NCBI GenBank assembly: GCA_965277685.1
Contig: OZ255830.1
Span: 1,102,829-1,166,828 of the forward strand
Origin: Alphaproteobacteria bacterium
Lineage (GTDB): Bacteria > Pseudomonadota > Alphaproteobacteria > GM7ARS4 > CBDIDI01
Length of the DNA stretch: 64,000 nucleotides
Direction of reading: 5' to 3'
The notes beneath the pieces were generated by a model, which had not been told where the DNA came from, ran no database searches, and was given only the letters and a program-made list of their open reading frames with translations. Position numbers and translations under genes: made by a program. Every line of letters starts with the position of its first letter. Position 1 is the stretch's first letter. Below are positions 48,097-57,726 of the stretch, piece by piece.

Positions 48097-49049
48097 CAAG
48101 CATTTACCTTCGTTTGCGCAAAGCGCCGCGATTGCCGGTCGATATGCGCGGCTTAACGACATTATGCGACCATGACGGAAAACGGGCGTGCGACCGCGCC
48201 GATGTGGCGGCCTTGCCGGTGTCGATGGGCGGCCGGAACGTGCCTTTGGAATCGCTTTTTCACTGCGATGTCCGGCGTGGCCGGGATAAGCCCGATGGAA
48301 CCAAGTCCGATGAAACTGGGCCCGATGTGATTGTCGAGGGCAGCCCCCTGCTTCGTTACCTTGGCCATGGTTGGCGGGGCGGGCGGATGTTGGTGCTTGC
48401 CCATGGTGGTGATTTTATCGGCGCGTCGATGCGCAGCGGCACCATTCGCGTGAATGGCGATTGCGGTGATTTTGCCGGCGCCGGTATGGAAAACGGCCGA
48501 TTGTGGGTCGATGGTAATTGTGGTGATTGTCTGGCGGCACCGCAGGCAGGCGAGCGGGCCGGTATGCGTGGCGGCACGATCATTGTCGGTGGTCGCGCAG
48601 GGATGCGGGCGGGCGAGAAAATGCGCCGGGGCACGCTTTTCATCGCCGGGGCAAGCGGCGATTACTGCGCGGCGTTCATGCGGGCCGGCACGATCATTGT
48701 CGGATCGAGTATCGGCAAAATGGCGGGATACGGTATGGGGCGAGGAACGATTTTTCTGCTTGATCCGGGCCGGACAAAACGTTTGTTATCAGCCACTTTC
48801 CGCGATTGCGGTGTCCATGATTTGCCCTTTTTCACCTTGATCGCAAAGGATATCGAAAGCGCCCTTGGCGATAATGCGCGCGATCCGATGACGGCCTCGC
48901 GCCATTATGCGCGCGCGCGTTATCCCTGGCCGTCCCGCTCCCCTTGGCGGCGTCTTTTTCACCCTCTCTTCTTGCGCTGCGGACACCGATTCGGCGGTGA
49001 TCTCGCCGCCCTTGGCAAGGGCGAGATATTCCTTCCCAATCCCGATTGA
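48093..49049 (+). CDS. fhcC: Formyltransferase/hydrolase complex subunit C (FwdC-like beta-helix)
   Basis: Repeated G-x-I-x-V-x-G-x-x-G-D/M beta-helix turns (…GTIRVNGDCGDFAGAGMENGRLWVDGNCGD…). Confidence 0.8.
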   Translation: MTSIYLRLRKAPRLPVDMRGLTTLCDHDGKRACDRADVAALPVSMGGRNVPLESLFHCDVRRGRDKPDGTKSDETGPDVIVEGSPLLRYLGHGWRGGRMLVLAHGGDFIGASMRSGTIRVNGDCGDFAGAGMENGRLWVDGNCGDCLAAPQAGERAGMRGGTIIVGGRAGMRAGEKMRRGTLFIAGASGDYCAAFMRAGTIIVGSSIGKMAGYGMGRGTIFLLDPGRTKRLLSATFRDCGVHDLPFFTLIAKDIESALGDNARDPMTASRHYARARYPWPSRSPWRRLFHPLFLRCGHRFGGDLAALGKGEIFLPNPD

Positions 49050-49088
49050 TCGGTCGGAATCACCCGGTATTTTTTTACGGAAGTTTTC

Positions 49089-50222
49089 TTACGGGATTTC
49101 TTTTAATGGCCGTTCGGGAAGGGGCGGGGCGCTGCCGTCGTTTTCTTTTTCGATATCGACCAATATCAACCGTTCGCCGTGATCGACGATCTTATCGCCG
49201 GAAATGCGAATTTCGCGGATGTCTTTATTGGCTTTGCGAAAATGGCTATCGAGGTTATCAATCCGTTTATCAAGGCGTTTTATATCCGATACAATAATCC
49301 CGGCTTCTTTCTGGATAATGCCCGCTTGCTCTTGTATGCGGACGTTATGCAACACGGCGTTGATGGCATAAATTAACGCCCATAAAGTCGATGGTGACGT
49401 GATCAATACCTTATGCCGGCGCGCGAAGTCGGCCATATCGGGGCAATCATGGTGAATGGTGGCAAAGATCGATTCGCTTGGAATAAACATAATCGCGTTA
49501 TCGGCGGTTAATCCCTGGATGACGTATTTATCGCCGATATTGCGGATATGTTTTTGGATATTGGCGGTAAATCCTTTGTGTAAATCCTTGCGCTCCTTGT
49601 TATTGGCAAGGATATATGCCCCATAAATATCGCGGGGAAATTTCGCATCGATGACAATCGGCTTGTTCGGCTTTGGCAGTGTTAAAATACAATCGGCCCG
49701 AACCGGGCGATCCCGGTTGTGATCATGCAAATGTTCCTGAAACTTATAAATCGAGGACGGTAACTGATCGCGAATGATCGATTCCATCGTTTGTTCGCCG
49801 AATACGCCGCGCAATTGATTGTTGGAAAGGATGTTGCGCAAGGCATCGACCTGTTCGGAAAGACTGGTGATATTCCGGCTGGCCCGATCGATAATGCCCA
49901 ATCGTTCCTGTAAATCGGACATCCGGTTGTTTTGTTGCAGCTTGGATTGATCCAGTTGCCGGTCGATCTTTTCGCCCATTTGCGAAAGTTGCAGGCCAAG
50001 TGATTGGCTTAAATCACGTTCTTGTTTTTGCAGTCCCTGACTGAAATTTTGCTGGTTATGATTTTGTTGCTCACTCAGTATTTTTTGCTGGGTGTCAAGC
50101 GCTTGCAGTTGCTGCATCAGGTTTTGCCATGGGGTGTTTCGGGACATTTGGCGGGCGACGATGAACGCGCCGATCATACCGGCGGCCAATCCCAAAAAAA
50201 GGAGAAGAATCGTATCGGGCAT
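49089..50222 (-). CDS. rmuC: DNA recombination protein RmuC
   Basis: N-terminal TM, a Q-rich coiled coil, and the RmuC C-domain pattern (…PDCILTLPKPNKPIVIDAKFP…). Confidence 0.8.
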   Translation of the reverse strand: MPDTILLLFLGLAAGMIGAFIVARQMSRNTPWQNLMQQLQALDTQQKILSEQQNHNQQNFSQGLQKQERDLSQSLGLQLSQMGEKIDRQLDQSKLQQNNRMSDLQERLGIIDRASRNITSLSEQVDALRNILSNNQLRGVFGEQTMESIIRDQLPSSIYKFQEHLHDHNRDRPVRADCILTLPKPNKPIVIDAKFPRDIYGAYILANNKERKDLHKGFTANIQKHIRNIGDKYVIQGLTADNAIMFIPSESIFATIHHDCPDMADFARRHKVLITSPSTLWALIYAINAVLHNVRIQEQAGIIQKEAGIIVSDIKRLDKRIDNLDSHFRKANKDIREIRISGDKIVDHGERLILVDIEKENDGSAPPLPERPLKEIP

Positions 50223-50360
50223 AATAATGCGTTCGCGCCTATGATCCGTTCCGAAAGGACGGAAAAATATCGGTGATGGTCGCCATAGGGCCCATCATAC
50301 GCGATTATCGGGGGCGTCGCATCATTGGTGATGATCCGATTTTTGCGTGAGGGAAATCGT

Positions 50361-51221
50361 TCACTTCCATCGGGGCGTGCGCCGCCGCCAGCCATCGATC
50401 ATCCCACCGATGAAACAGGAAAGATAGCGGGCGCGACCCAAGCAAGCCCGAGTCGCGAGGGGGTCGAGACGGCGCAAGAGGGCGATTAATTGCCGCGCGA
50501 CATGGCACACGACCGACGCTTCCATCGCGATTCGTCGATGGCGCAAAAACCCGGGCAGCATGACGGCTTGCGGCATCAGTTCCGCAACCGCGTTCACCGT
50601 GCAAAGCAGAACCCGGCGCAGTTCCGGGCTTGCCTGGGCACGCTTCAGATCGGTGATTTCGGCACCATATTGCCGCATCCAGTCATCGGGCAGATAGACA
50701 CGATCGAGAAGCCGGTAATCGTCACCGCAATCTTGCAGATGATTGATGATTTGCAGGGCCGTGCACAGGGCATCGCAAGCCGGATAGGCATCGCGACTTT
50801 CACCGTGCAGATCGATTAAAAAACGTCCGACCGGAACGGCCGAATAGCGGCAATAATCGACCAACTCGTCCCAATTCTTATAGCGTGATTGGGTTGCGTC
50901 ACGCTTGAACGCGACAAGAAGATCGCCGCCCCGCTCGATCGGTATGTTCCGTTGGGCCAAAATTCGGCCAAGGCGGACCGCCTCGATCGGCGCGTTTGGT
51001 CGGGGTTCTTGATTTTTTGCGGTCAAAGCGGCCCGGAAATCCGCCAGACGTTTGATTTTCTCGGCCGGTGATAAACCGGGGTGATCGGCAACATCATCCG
51101 CGGCCCGGGCGAAGGCATAATAAATGCCGACAAGCGGGCGCAAATCCGATCGTATAAGAAAGGAGGCAACCGGGAAATTTTCCTGGCGGCCGGTTTTTGA
51201 TGGCGGCAAAGGTTCAGACAT
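50361..51221 (-). CDS. hpnC: Squalene/phytoene-synthase-family enzyme of hopanoid biosynthesis (HpnC/HpnD-like)
   Basis: …YYAFARAADDVADH… (DxxxD-like motif), …YCRYSAVPVGRF…, and 286 aa. It is adjacent to hpnB. Confidence 0.75.
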   Translation of the reverse strand: MSEPLPPSKTGRQENFPVASFLIRSDLRPLVGIYYAFARAADDVADHPGLSPAEKIKRLADFRAALTAKNQEPRPNAPIEAVRLGRILAQRNIPIERGGDLLVAFKRDATQSRYKNWDELVDYCRYSAVPVGRFLIDLHGESRDAYPACDALCTALQIINHLQDCGDDYRLLDRVYLPDDWMRQYGAEITDLKRAQASPELRRVLLCTVNAVAELMPQAVMLPGFLRHRRIAMEASVVCHVARQLIALLRRLDPLATRACLGRARYLSCFIGGMIDGWRRRTPRWK

Positions 51222-51424
51222 AAGGATTAGCGTGTCGGTCGGTTTTCGATTTGGCCGGTTTTCGATGGTGGCAAAGGTTCAGACATAAGGATCAGCCCGG
51301 CGGTCGGTTTTCGATTTGGCCGGTTTTCGATGGCGGCAAAGGTTCAGACATAAGGATCAGCCCGGCGGTCGGTTTTCGATTTGGTCGGTTTTCGATGGTG
51401 GCAAAGGTTCAGACATAAGGATCA
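51216..51424. repeat. 65-bp unit x4 tandem array; each copy contains the hpnC start codon, its first about 11 codons and about 30 bp of upstream leader
   Basis: The ATG (reverse-complement cat) recurs at 51221, 51286, 51351 and 51416 with near-identical flanks (ggttcagacataaggat[t/c]agc…cggttttcgat[t/g]g[c/t]ggcaaa). The 65-bp period is not a multiple of 3. Each upstream copy encodes only MSEPLPPSKTGQIENRPPG followed by a stop. Confidence 0.85.
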
Positions 51425-52651
51425 GCCCGGATGGTGGTTCGCGTGATAGGCCCGATTTTTCCAGATCGCGCCCCGCCCACGCCAATAATGGACGAAAGAA
51501 GCGATGGTCATCACCATAAACCAGGCCGCGCCGATCGGAAGCGATAAGGCGACAAACGGCGCCGCCGCCGGATGGATACGATACAACACCAGGGTCGGAT
51601 AGAAAATCACCGCCATCGTTATCCATACGACCAATCCGGCCATAAAAAGCGGCGACCCCGGCGGGGTTATCACCAAAACGGCAAGGGGCCACAGATATAA
51701 AATGGACATGGCCAAGATGCAACCGGCGAGGAAAAGCACGTTGTGCGACAGCTGGGCGCAGGCCGTGCGGGTCACGCAATGCCACATGCCGCGCAAGCCG
51801 CCGCCCGGACGAAGAGAGCGCAGGCGTCGACTGAGGGTAAGGGAGATGTGCGCGCCGCTTTCCTTCATTTGGCGGGCAAGGGCGCAATCATCAATGATGT
51901 GCCCGCGTAAGGGAAGCAAGCCACCCGCTTTGCGCCAATGGTCGCGATCAATAAGAATGCAGCCACCGGCGGCGGCGGCGGTTTTTTTATCGGCGCGCGC
52001 GACATGGGCAAAAGGATAGATCATGCGGAAAAAGAAAATAAATAACGCGGATAATGTCTTGTCGATGACGGTGTCGGCATCCAACATGGCCATGCGTGAA
52101 ACCAGTTGCCGGTTGTCCGTTTTTGCCCGGATCACCATTTGCCGCAAACTTTCCGGTTCGTGCCGAATATCGGCATCGGTCAACAGCCAATAGCCGATGT
52201 TTTTGGTGCGGCGGCGGCGGACCAGGTTTTCCATACCCTGATGCAATGCCCATAACTTGCCACTCCACCCGTGGGGCAAGGGCGCGCCGGTTATGACGTG
52301 AATGGGATGCCGACCGGGCCCGGCGGTGGTGGCCCCGGCGGTGGTGGCCCCGGCGGTGATAGATCGAGCGATGGAGCGGGCAATCGCGCCGGTGCCGTCG
52401 TTGCTGTGGTCATCAACGAGGGTGATTTCACACCATCCGGGATAATCCTGGCGGGCCAGAGCGGTAAGGGTGGTGGCGATCACGTCCGCTTCGTTGCGGG
52501 CGGGTACGATGACGCCGATCGAAGGCCATGGATGGGCGATGCGATGGGCATCATCGCGATCGGGTGGGATGTGAACCCGCCAGAACAGGCCATGCAGAAA
52601 GACAAGGTACAGCCATCCGGCAATGGCGGTCATGGTGGCGGCAACAATCAT
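51422..52651 (-). CDS. hpnB: GT2 glycosyltransferase HpnB-like (hopanoid-associated)
   Basis: …IGVIVPARNEADVI…DYPGWCEITLVDDHSNDGT… GT-A motifs. The stop abuts the 65-bp repeat array. Confidence 0.75.
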   Translation of the reverse strand: MIVAATMTAIAGWLYLVFLHGLFWRVHIPPDRDDAHRIAHPWPSIGVIVPARNEADVIATTLTALARQDYPGWCEITLVDDHSNDGTGAIARSIARSITAGATTAGATTAGPGRHPIHVITGAPLPHGWSGKLWALHQGMENLVRRRRTKNIGYWLLTDADIRHEPESLRQMVIRAKTDNRQLVSRMAMLDADTVIDKTLSALFIFFFRMIYPFAHVARADKKTAAAAGGCILIDRDHWRKAGGLLPLRGHIIDDCALARQMKESGAHISLTLSRRLRSLRPGGGLRGMWHCVTRTACAQLSHNVLFLAGCILAMSILYLWPLAVLVITPPGSPLFMAGLVVWITMAVIFYPTLVLYRIHPAAAPFVALSLPIGAAWFMVMTIASFVHYWRGRGAIWKNRAYHANHHPG

Positions 52652-52817
52652 CGATCATATCATGGGCGCAAGGCGCGAAGGCCATGGGCGCAGAGGCGAT
52701 GGGCGCGAGGCGCGAAGGTTATGGGCGCAGAGGGTCGCCTCGATGCCCTCCGGTTACGGTTGGGCGATGTTTCGCGGTGTATTCCATCGTATATTCGGGG
52801 GAATTCCTCGGGCGATG

Positions 52818-53153
52818 CTATGGAGGATGTTCCCGGATATTCCGTGAGGGATCTTTTGGCGGATCTTTTGGGGAATTCTTTGGGAGGTTCCTTGGCGGAT
52901 TTTCTTGAGAATTTTCCGGGGAATCTTTTGGGGAATCTTTTGGGGAATTCTCCGGGGTGCGCTCGCGCTTCTTGCCGCCTTTGCGTTTGCGGTAGAAGGA
53001 TTCTTTCAAGTTCTGGATCGTCTGCGATTCCCATATCCGGATTATAAACCATAAAATGGAAAAAGCCGCCGCAATTTCCGGCAAACGGTCAAGCAGCGTG
53101 CCGCCGGTTACGGTCATAGCGGCCGCATCGGCCAGGTGTTTCGGTTTTTCCAT
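52818..53153 (-). CDS. Holin candidate (single TM, basic C-terminus with SPKD repeats)
   Basis: The product MEKPKHLADAAAMTVTGGTLLDRLPEIAAAFSILWFIIRIW…KRKGGKKRER has one TM helix. The gene sits directly after the tail-fiber gene, as holin 17.5 follows fiber gene 17 in T7. No clear RBS. Confidence 0.3.
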   Translation of the reverse strand: MEKPKHLADAAAMTVTGGTLLDRLPEIAAAFSILWFIIRIWESQTIQNLKESFYRKRKGGKKRERTPENSPKDSPKDSPENSQENPPRNLPKNSPKDPPKDPSRNIREHPP

Positions 53154-53244
53154 AGACGGTGTTTTCCCGCGATATTGAAGTGTGATCGGCATGTTTCGAA
53201 AGCGACGGGACATAGAAGATGCGCCCGAGGGGATGCGATATTTA

Positions 53245-54444
53245 TTAAGGGAAGTATTGTAGCGGATGAAGGTCATCGGGAAAAACCCACGCCTTGACCC
53301 GTATCATAGGGATGTAATCAGTGGGTCGACTTTGCTCCGTCTCTCTTGGCGAGCGGATGAGGTTGTATTGCTGACTATCCATGATCGGTATGCCGCGGCC
53401 GAAACAAACGACGATCCGATAAAATTCTAGTTGAATACTGTGTCCTACCGCTCCCGCATTTGAAGCATAGCTGCTGTCGGCGGCCGCTAAATCAAAAATT
53501 TTCTCGTAAAGCAGTTCTTCCATGCGGCTTTCATCTCTGTATGGTTTGATGCTCAATAAAACTTGAACATGATCGGGGTGGCGTGCGAAGTTATGGTGAA
53601 ATCGGTACCTTCCTACGTTCGCATACAGGTTTCGCCAGGGGCTTTGATACACCCTGAAACGGCGGCGGTTGAGTATTTTCGTCAAATGACGGGTTGTGAC
53701 GAGCGTGTCCCCTGCATTTCTTGCCAAAGTTGCCACATTATTGGCGTGGAGAAGTCCCTGGATATCCGAATCTTGTGATGGTTTCGGTGCCGATTCAAGC
53801 TTTTCTTTGGTGCTTATCGCCATTGCGTGCGCGGCATTGGCCACGCTCGATATTCTGGTCTCGGCTTGAGCCTGTGCGGTTTGCTTTGTAATAATTTTTT
53901 TTAAAACGGATATAAATTGTCCCCAGAATAGGGAAAGGATTTTTTGATTGTTATGCTTGCTCGTCAAGCGCCGAAAGCCGGCAGCGATAAGATCAAAGTC
54001 GATAATGGAATTGCGCCATCCGGTGCCGCTTTTTCGTCCGACTAAAACGGCATCGGCTTGTGGGGCCGGAATTTGCGTATCGACATTTTCGGAGTCCGAC
54101 GGAGCAAGATGCAAGGTGTTCGCCTCGTGCTCGCGTATTTCTTTCGTCACATGGGCGATCGATTCCAATTCATTGTTCAATGATATGGCCGATAATCTTT
54201 CGCCGTCCCGAAAATGGGCGCGGCGCATGGGCATGGTGCGGGCCCGTAAGACGATGGCTGCCCCGGCCCTTGGGGCATCGGTGAAAGTGACACTTCCCCC
54301 GGTTGCGCCTTTTGTGACGGAAAAACCGTCTTTTTGTTGACGATCGTCGATCCACACTTCAACGTTGCGGGTCGAGAGAATCGGAAAAGAAAAGTCAAAA
54401 AGACGATTGTTGCCATCGCCCGTGAATATTTTTTGCCGTAGCAT
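53245..54444 (-). CDS. Podovirus tail fiber protein (T7 gp17-like N-terminal adaptor-binding domain)
   Basis: AAGGTGGA RBS. MLRQKIFTGDGNNRLFDFSFPILSTRNVEVWIDD…HFRDGERLSAISLNNELESIAHVTKEIRE parallels the T7 gp17 N-terminus (TYQLDGSNRDFNIPFEYLARKFVVVTLIG…[26 protein letters not shown]). Confidence 0.65.
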   Translation of the reverse strand: MLRQKIFTGDGNNRLFDFSFPILSTRNVEVWIDDRQQKDGFSVTKGATGGSVTFTDAPRAGAAIVLRARTMPMRRAHFRDGERLSAISLNNELESIAHVTKEIREHEANTLHLAPSDSENVDTQIPAPQADAVLVGRKSGTGWRNSIIDFDLIAAGFRRLTSKHNNQKILSLFWGQFISVLKKIITKQTAQAQAETRISSVANAAHAMAISTKEKLESAPKPSQDSDIQGLLHANNVATLARNAGDTLVTTRHLTKILNRRRFRVYQSPWRNLYANVGRYRFHHNFARHPDHVQVLLSIKPYRDESRMEELLYEKIFDLAAADSSYASNAGAVGHSIQLEFYRIVVCFGRGIPIMDSQQYNLIRSPRETEQSRPTDYIPMIRVKAWVFPDDLHPLQYFP

Positions 54445-54493
54445 ATGAGTCCACCTTAAAGAGAGTAAAAAAGAGAAAAGAAAAAGACGCGCG

Positions 54494-55099
54494 TCAGTCG
54501 ATCGTATTGTAAAACAGGTGATTGCCGATGATGCAGCACGGGGACTTGCCCAAAGACCAATGGGGGGTGATCGACTTGGCGTGATAGTGGGTCGATCCGT
54601 CGAGAATATCCTCAAGAACCCCATTCACGGCCCGTCGGGCGATGCGGTGACAGATGATAAACGCCTTGTTATCGACGCCGATGCTGTTGAGTTTTTGGCG
54701 ATTGGGATCGGACGGATTCCAACAGGAAAATTGATACGATTTCAGGCATATCTCGCGGATCGTACCGCCCCACCAGGTCTTTTTGCCCTGCAACACCCAG
54801 CGCGCCGATAACCGCATGCGATTCATCACCACCATGGCAATCGCTTCCATGCCGCGAATGCTTTCGCCGCGCGCCTCGCCCCAGATGGTGCGGGCCAGAA
54901 TATCGATGTCTTGGCGTCGGGACGGCAGGTCATCATCGTCTTTTTGATCCGCGTCTTTGTGTTCTGTGGGCAACGCGCCGGTGTCGGGTTTGGTCGCGAT
55001 GACGGAATCCGGGGCGGGGGGGCTATCCTCGATACCGGTGGGGGTCGATCGATTGTTGTTGTCCGTGGTGATATGACCAAGGGAAGGGGATGTATGCAT
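54494..55099 (-). CDS. SleB/CwlJ-family cell-wall hydrolase (phage endolysin)
   Basis: …IWGEARGESIRGMEAIAMVVMNR…YQFSCWN…THYH… are SleB-domain signatures. Acidic low-complexity N-terminus. Confidence 0.75.
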   Translation of the reverse strand: MHTSPSLGHITTDNNNRSTPTGIEDSPPAPDSVIATKPDTGALPTEHKDADQKDDDDLPSRRQDIDILARTIWGEARGESIRGMEAIAMVVMNRMRLSARWVLQGKKTWWGGTIREICLKSYQFSCWNPSDPNRQKLNSIGVDNKAFIICHRIARRAVNGVLEDILDGSTHYHAKSITPHWSLGKSPCCIIGNHLFYNTID

Positions 55100-55134
55100 G
55101 GGATGATCCTTTCTTTAAATGATCCATGAATGGG

Positions 55135-56667
55135 TTAAATCGCAAAGCGCGCGGGGGCGACAAACGGGGCGATGCCTTGCCACGACGGGGGCGCGGCGCG
55201 GGGCATGGGATGCGAGCCAAGTCGGGTCGGCTGGGACAGAAGGCAACCGCTTACCGCGTCGAGGGAATCGTCACGGCACGAGATGTCGGGCCTCCAGTGC
55301 CGCATTTCTTCAGGAAAGGGCGTGTCCCATATCGATCGATGCGCGCGCAGGGCGCGGGCGGCGAGAATGACCTCGAAGGCTTCCAATATCCGGTGTTTTT
55401 TCGATCTTTTTTGATGCACGCCAAGAACGGCGCAAGGGACATTCGCTTTTTGCAGTTCACGCCGTAAAAGACCGGGCAGAAATTTGCCGATGCCGTTGGT
55501 TTCGATATGCACGGCCGGAATATATAAGCGGCGAATAAATTCAGCGGCCTGGCGGCATAATTGGGTGGCTTCGTCGGTTTCGTGGCTTTGGCTTTTGTCG
55601 TGGCGCAGCCAAGCGATGTCATGCAGATAAAAAATGCCGTCTTCATCGGTAAAGACGGCGGCGATCACACTGCCGTCGCCCCGTCCCCCCCATGATGGAT
55701 CCCACCAACATCCGACCGAAACAAGACGTTTGCCGGCAATGGTTAGTCGGGTGGTCGCGTTGCTCTGCCGGTATTCGATATCGTCGCGATAGGGAACAAG
55801 GCGTTCGGGCCGCAGGCGTTGGTCGGTGGCCGCAAGCGGTTGCAAAAGCATTTGGGATGCGAATTTGGACGGGCCCGAATGGGATCGAATATGGTCGATT
55901 TGTTGGCGCGGAAAACGCTCATGCCAGGCCGGTTTACCCTGACGGTCGTAAATCGGAATGGTTAATCGCCGGCAATTTTTCAGAAAGGCATGGCGGTTAT
56001 TCTTGCCCGATAGGTAAATCGAATCGCGGCAATGGGGGGTGCCGATGTAAAGACTGCTTCCGTTCGGTTCGAGGATATAACGGATTTCTTCCAGGGCTTG
56101 GCGCAAGCGGCGTTGCTTGGCGCTGCTGGAGCACGTCTTTGGAACCTCGACGTCATCGCAGATGATCATATCCGCCCGGCTTCCGGTCATATTGGCATGG
56201 ATGCCCTTGGCCAGGACGGAAGGATCGCGCAGGTGGATGGGGCGCTGGATCGTGAATCGTTCCTGGGCCCACGCCGATGCCGGACGCAAATTGGCGGTCA
56301 GGGGATGAACCTCGATGATGCGCCGGATATTCAAGGTCATTTTGACCGCCAGTTCTTTGTCGGCGGCGACCACCAATATCCGAAAATTCGGATCATTATA
56401 TAACAGCCATGCGCAAAACAAAGCGGTCAAACTCGATTTGCCACTGTTGCGAAAGGCCATCAAAAGCAGGGTGCGGCACATCCATTCGGCCTGTAGCCAG
56501 CGGCATATCCGGACATGGATCGGCGGCATGTTCCAGCCCTGCAGGGCATTCCATATCCAGACGAATTCATCGAAACCGGCAATCGGGCTTTGGCCAAGAC
56601 GGCTATGGCGTTTCATGGGACTTGTGCGAGATGGGGGTGTTGTTGCCATGGACGCTATCCTTGCCAA
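55135..56667 (-). CDS. Phage terminase large subunit (T7 gp19-like DNA maturase B)
   Basis: 510 aa. A Walker-type ATPase N-domain (…ILVVAADKELA…, …ICDDVEVPK…) and a nuclease C-domain (…CWWDPSWGG…DGSV…). The family call is made from recalled pattern. Confidence 0.7.
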   Translation of the reverse strand: MARIASMATTPPSRTSPMKRHSRLGQSPIAGFDEFVWIWNALQGWNMPPIHVRICRWLQAEWMCRTLLLMAFRNSGKSSLTALFCAWLLYNDPNFRILVVAADKELAVKMTLNIRRIIEVHPLTANLRPASAWAQERFTIQRPIHLRDPSVLAKGIHANMTGSRADMIICDDVEVPKTCSSSAKQRRLRQALEEIRYILEPNGSSLYIGTPHCRDSIYLSGKNNRHAFLKNCRRLTIPIYDRQGKPAWHERFPRQQIDHIRSHSGPSKFASQMLLQPLAATDQRLRPERLVPYRDDIEYRQSNATTRLTIAGKRLVSVGCWWDPSWGGRGDGSVIAAVFTDEDGIFYLHDIAWLRHDKSQSHETDEATQLCRQAAEFIRRLYIPAVHIETNGIGKFLPGLLRRELQKANVPCAVLGVHQKRSKKHRILEAFEVILAARALRAHRSIWDTPFPEEMRHWRPDISCRDDSLDAVSGCLLSQPTRLGSHPMPRAAPPSWQGIAPFVAPARFAI

Positions 56668-57238
56668 GACTTCTTCTGGCCGCGAGGATCAAATCGTTGA
56701 CGGTATCGGCCGAGGCACCGCCTCCGCCGCCGGTTTCGATCATCCGCATTAACGTGTCGATATGGGCCAGAGATTCCCGACAGGCCTTTTGCCAAAGAAT
56801 GAACTCCTTGCTGGTGTCGGGGGCGGGCATTTCCAAGCACAGATGATAATGCCCGACAACCGCCGGAATATAGCGAGAAAGAACGCGCAACGGGTTGCCG
56901 GTTGCATCCGGATGTATGGTTTTTGCCAAAGATTCTGCCTGTGACTCTTCCGGGGATTTTGCCAAAGATTCTGCCCTGGATTCTGCCCGTGATTCTGCTC
57001 GGGGTTTTTCCCAAGATTCTTTCGGGGATTCTTTCGGCACGGCCCGCGCCGTCTTGCCACGCGGATGCCCCGATTCGCACCCCGCCCCGCACCCCGAATC
57101 GCACCCCGACTTGTACCCCGGCGTGTGTCCGGAAAGCGGGGGGGAAAGCCGAGGGGAAAGCCGAGGGGAAAGCGGGGGCGGCAATCGAGGGGGCGAGGGT
57201 GTCATTGTCGGTTTGGGTTGCGTGGAACATAGCGCACC

Positions 57239-57726
57239 TTAAAGCAGAGAACGGCGCCGACCGCGCGCGGCCGGGAACAGATTGGACGATTGGGACGAGT
57301 CCTTGTTGAGGGTGCCCAAGATCCAATCCTCGCGCTGTTGGCGTCGGTTGTTTTTAAGCCGGATGACATTTTCTTGATGGCGTTGCCGGATCGCATCGGT
57401 GCGGATTTTCTCGCGGGTTTTTTTATCCTGCATCGCGTCTTCGCTTTGCGCGGTCAGTCCTTGCAGAACCGCCCAGCCGGAGCCGCGCCGGGCGTGTAAT
57501 CCACGGGCGGCGAGAAAGGCGCGCATGCGGGCCTTGTCTTTTTCCAGCTCCCTTTTGCGTGTTTGCTCGCCGAGCCGTTGCTCGGCCTCTCGATTGCGCA
57601 GTTGCGCTTGCAGGGTTCTATCGGCCCGTTCGCGTTGATTTTTGTAACCGCGCTCGGAACTGTAAATGGTATGGGCAATGCGGGCCGCATTCAAAGCGGG
57701 CGCAATAAAAGACGATAAAGAAGACA
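57239..57726 (-). CDS. Basic K/R/E-rich coiled-coil phage protein, translationally coupled (ATGA) to the upstream tail gene; possible internal virion protein
   Basis: 162 aa, MSSLSSFIAPALNAARIAHTIY…, highly charged; no recognisable family. Confidence 0.4.

Noticed and set aside
51357-51887. 176-aa minus-strand ORF ending …LILMSEPLPPSKTDQIENRPPG
   Set aside because: It reads through the hpnB 3' end in another frame into the 65-bp repeat array. It is an artefact of the repeats.
52271-53052. 258-aa + strand and 130-aa minus-strand ORFs with GPGGGG / EFPKRFPKRF repeats
   Set aside because: They overlap hpnB antisense or lie in the low-complexity tail region, and are encoded by simple DNA repeats.
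56655-57326. 223-aa minus-strand ORF (FPSAFPSAFPPAF…GRIQGRIFGKIPGRVTGRIFGK)
   Set aside because: It overlaps the 200-aa frame across the same DNA repeats. At most one frame can be real, and neither has recognisable homology.
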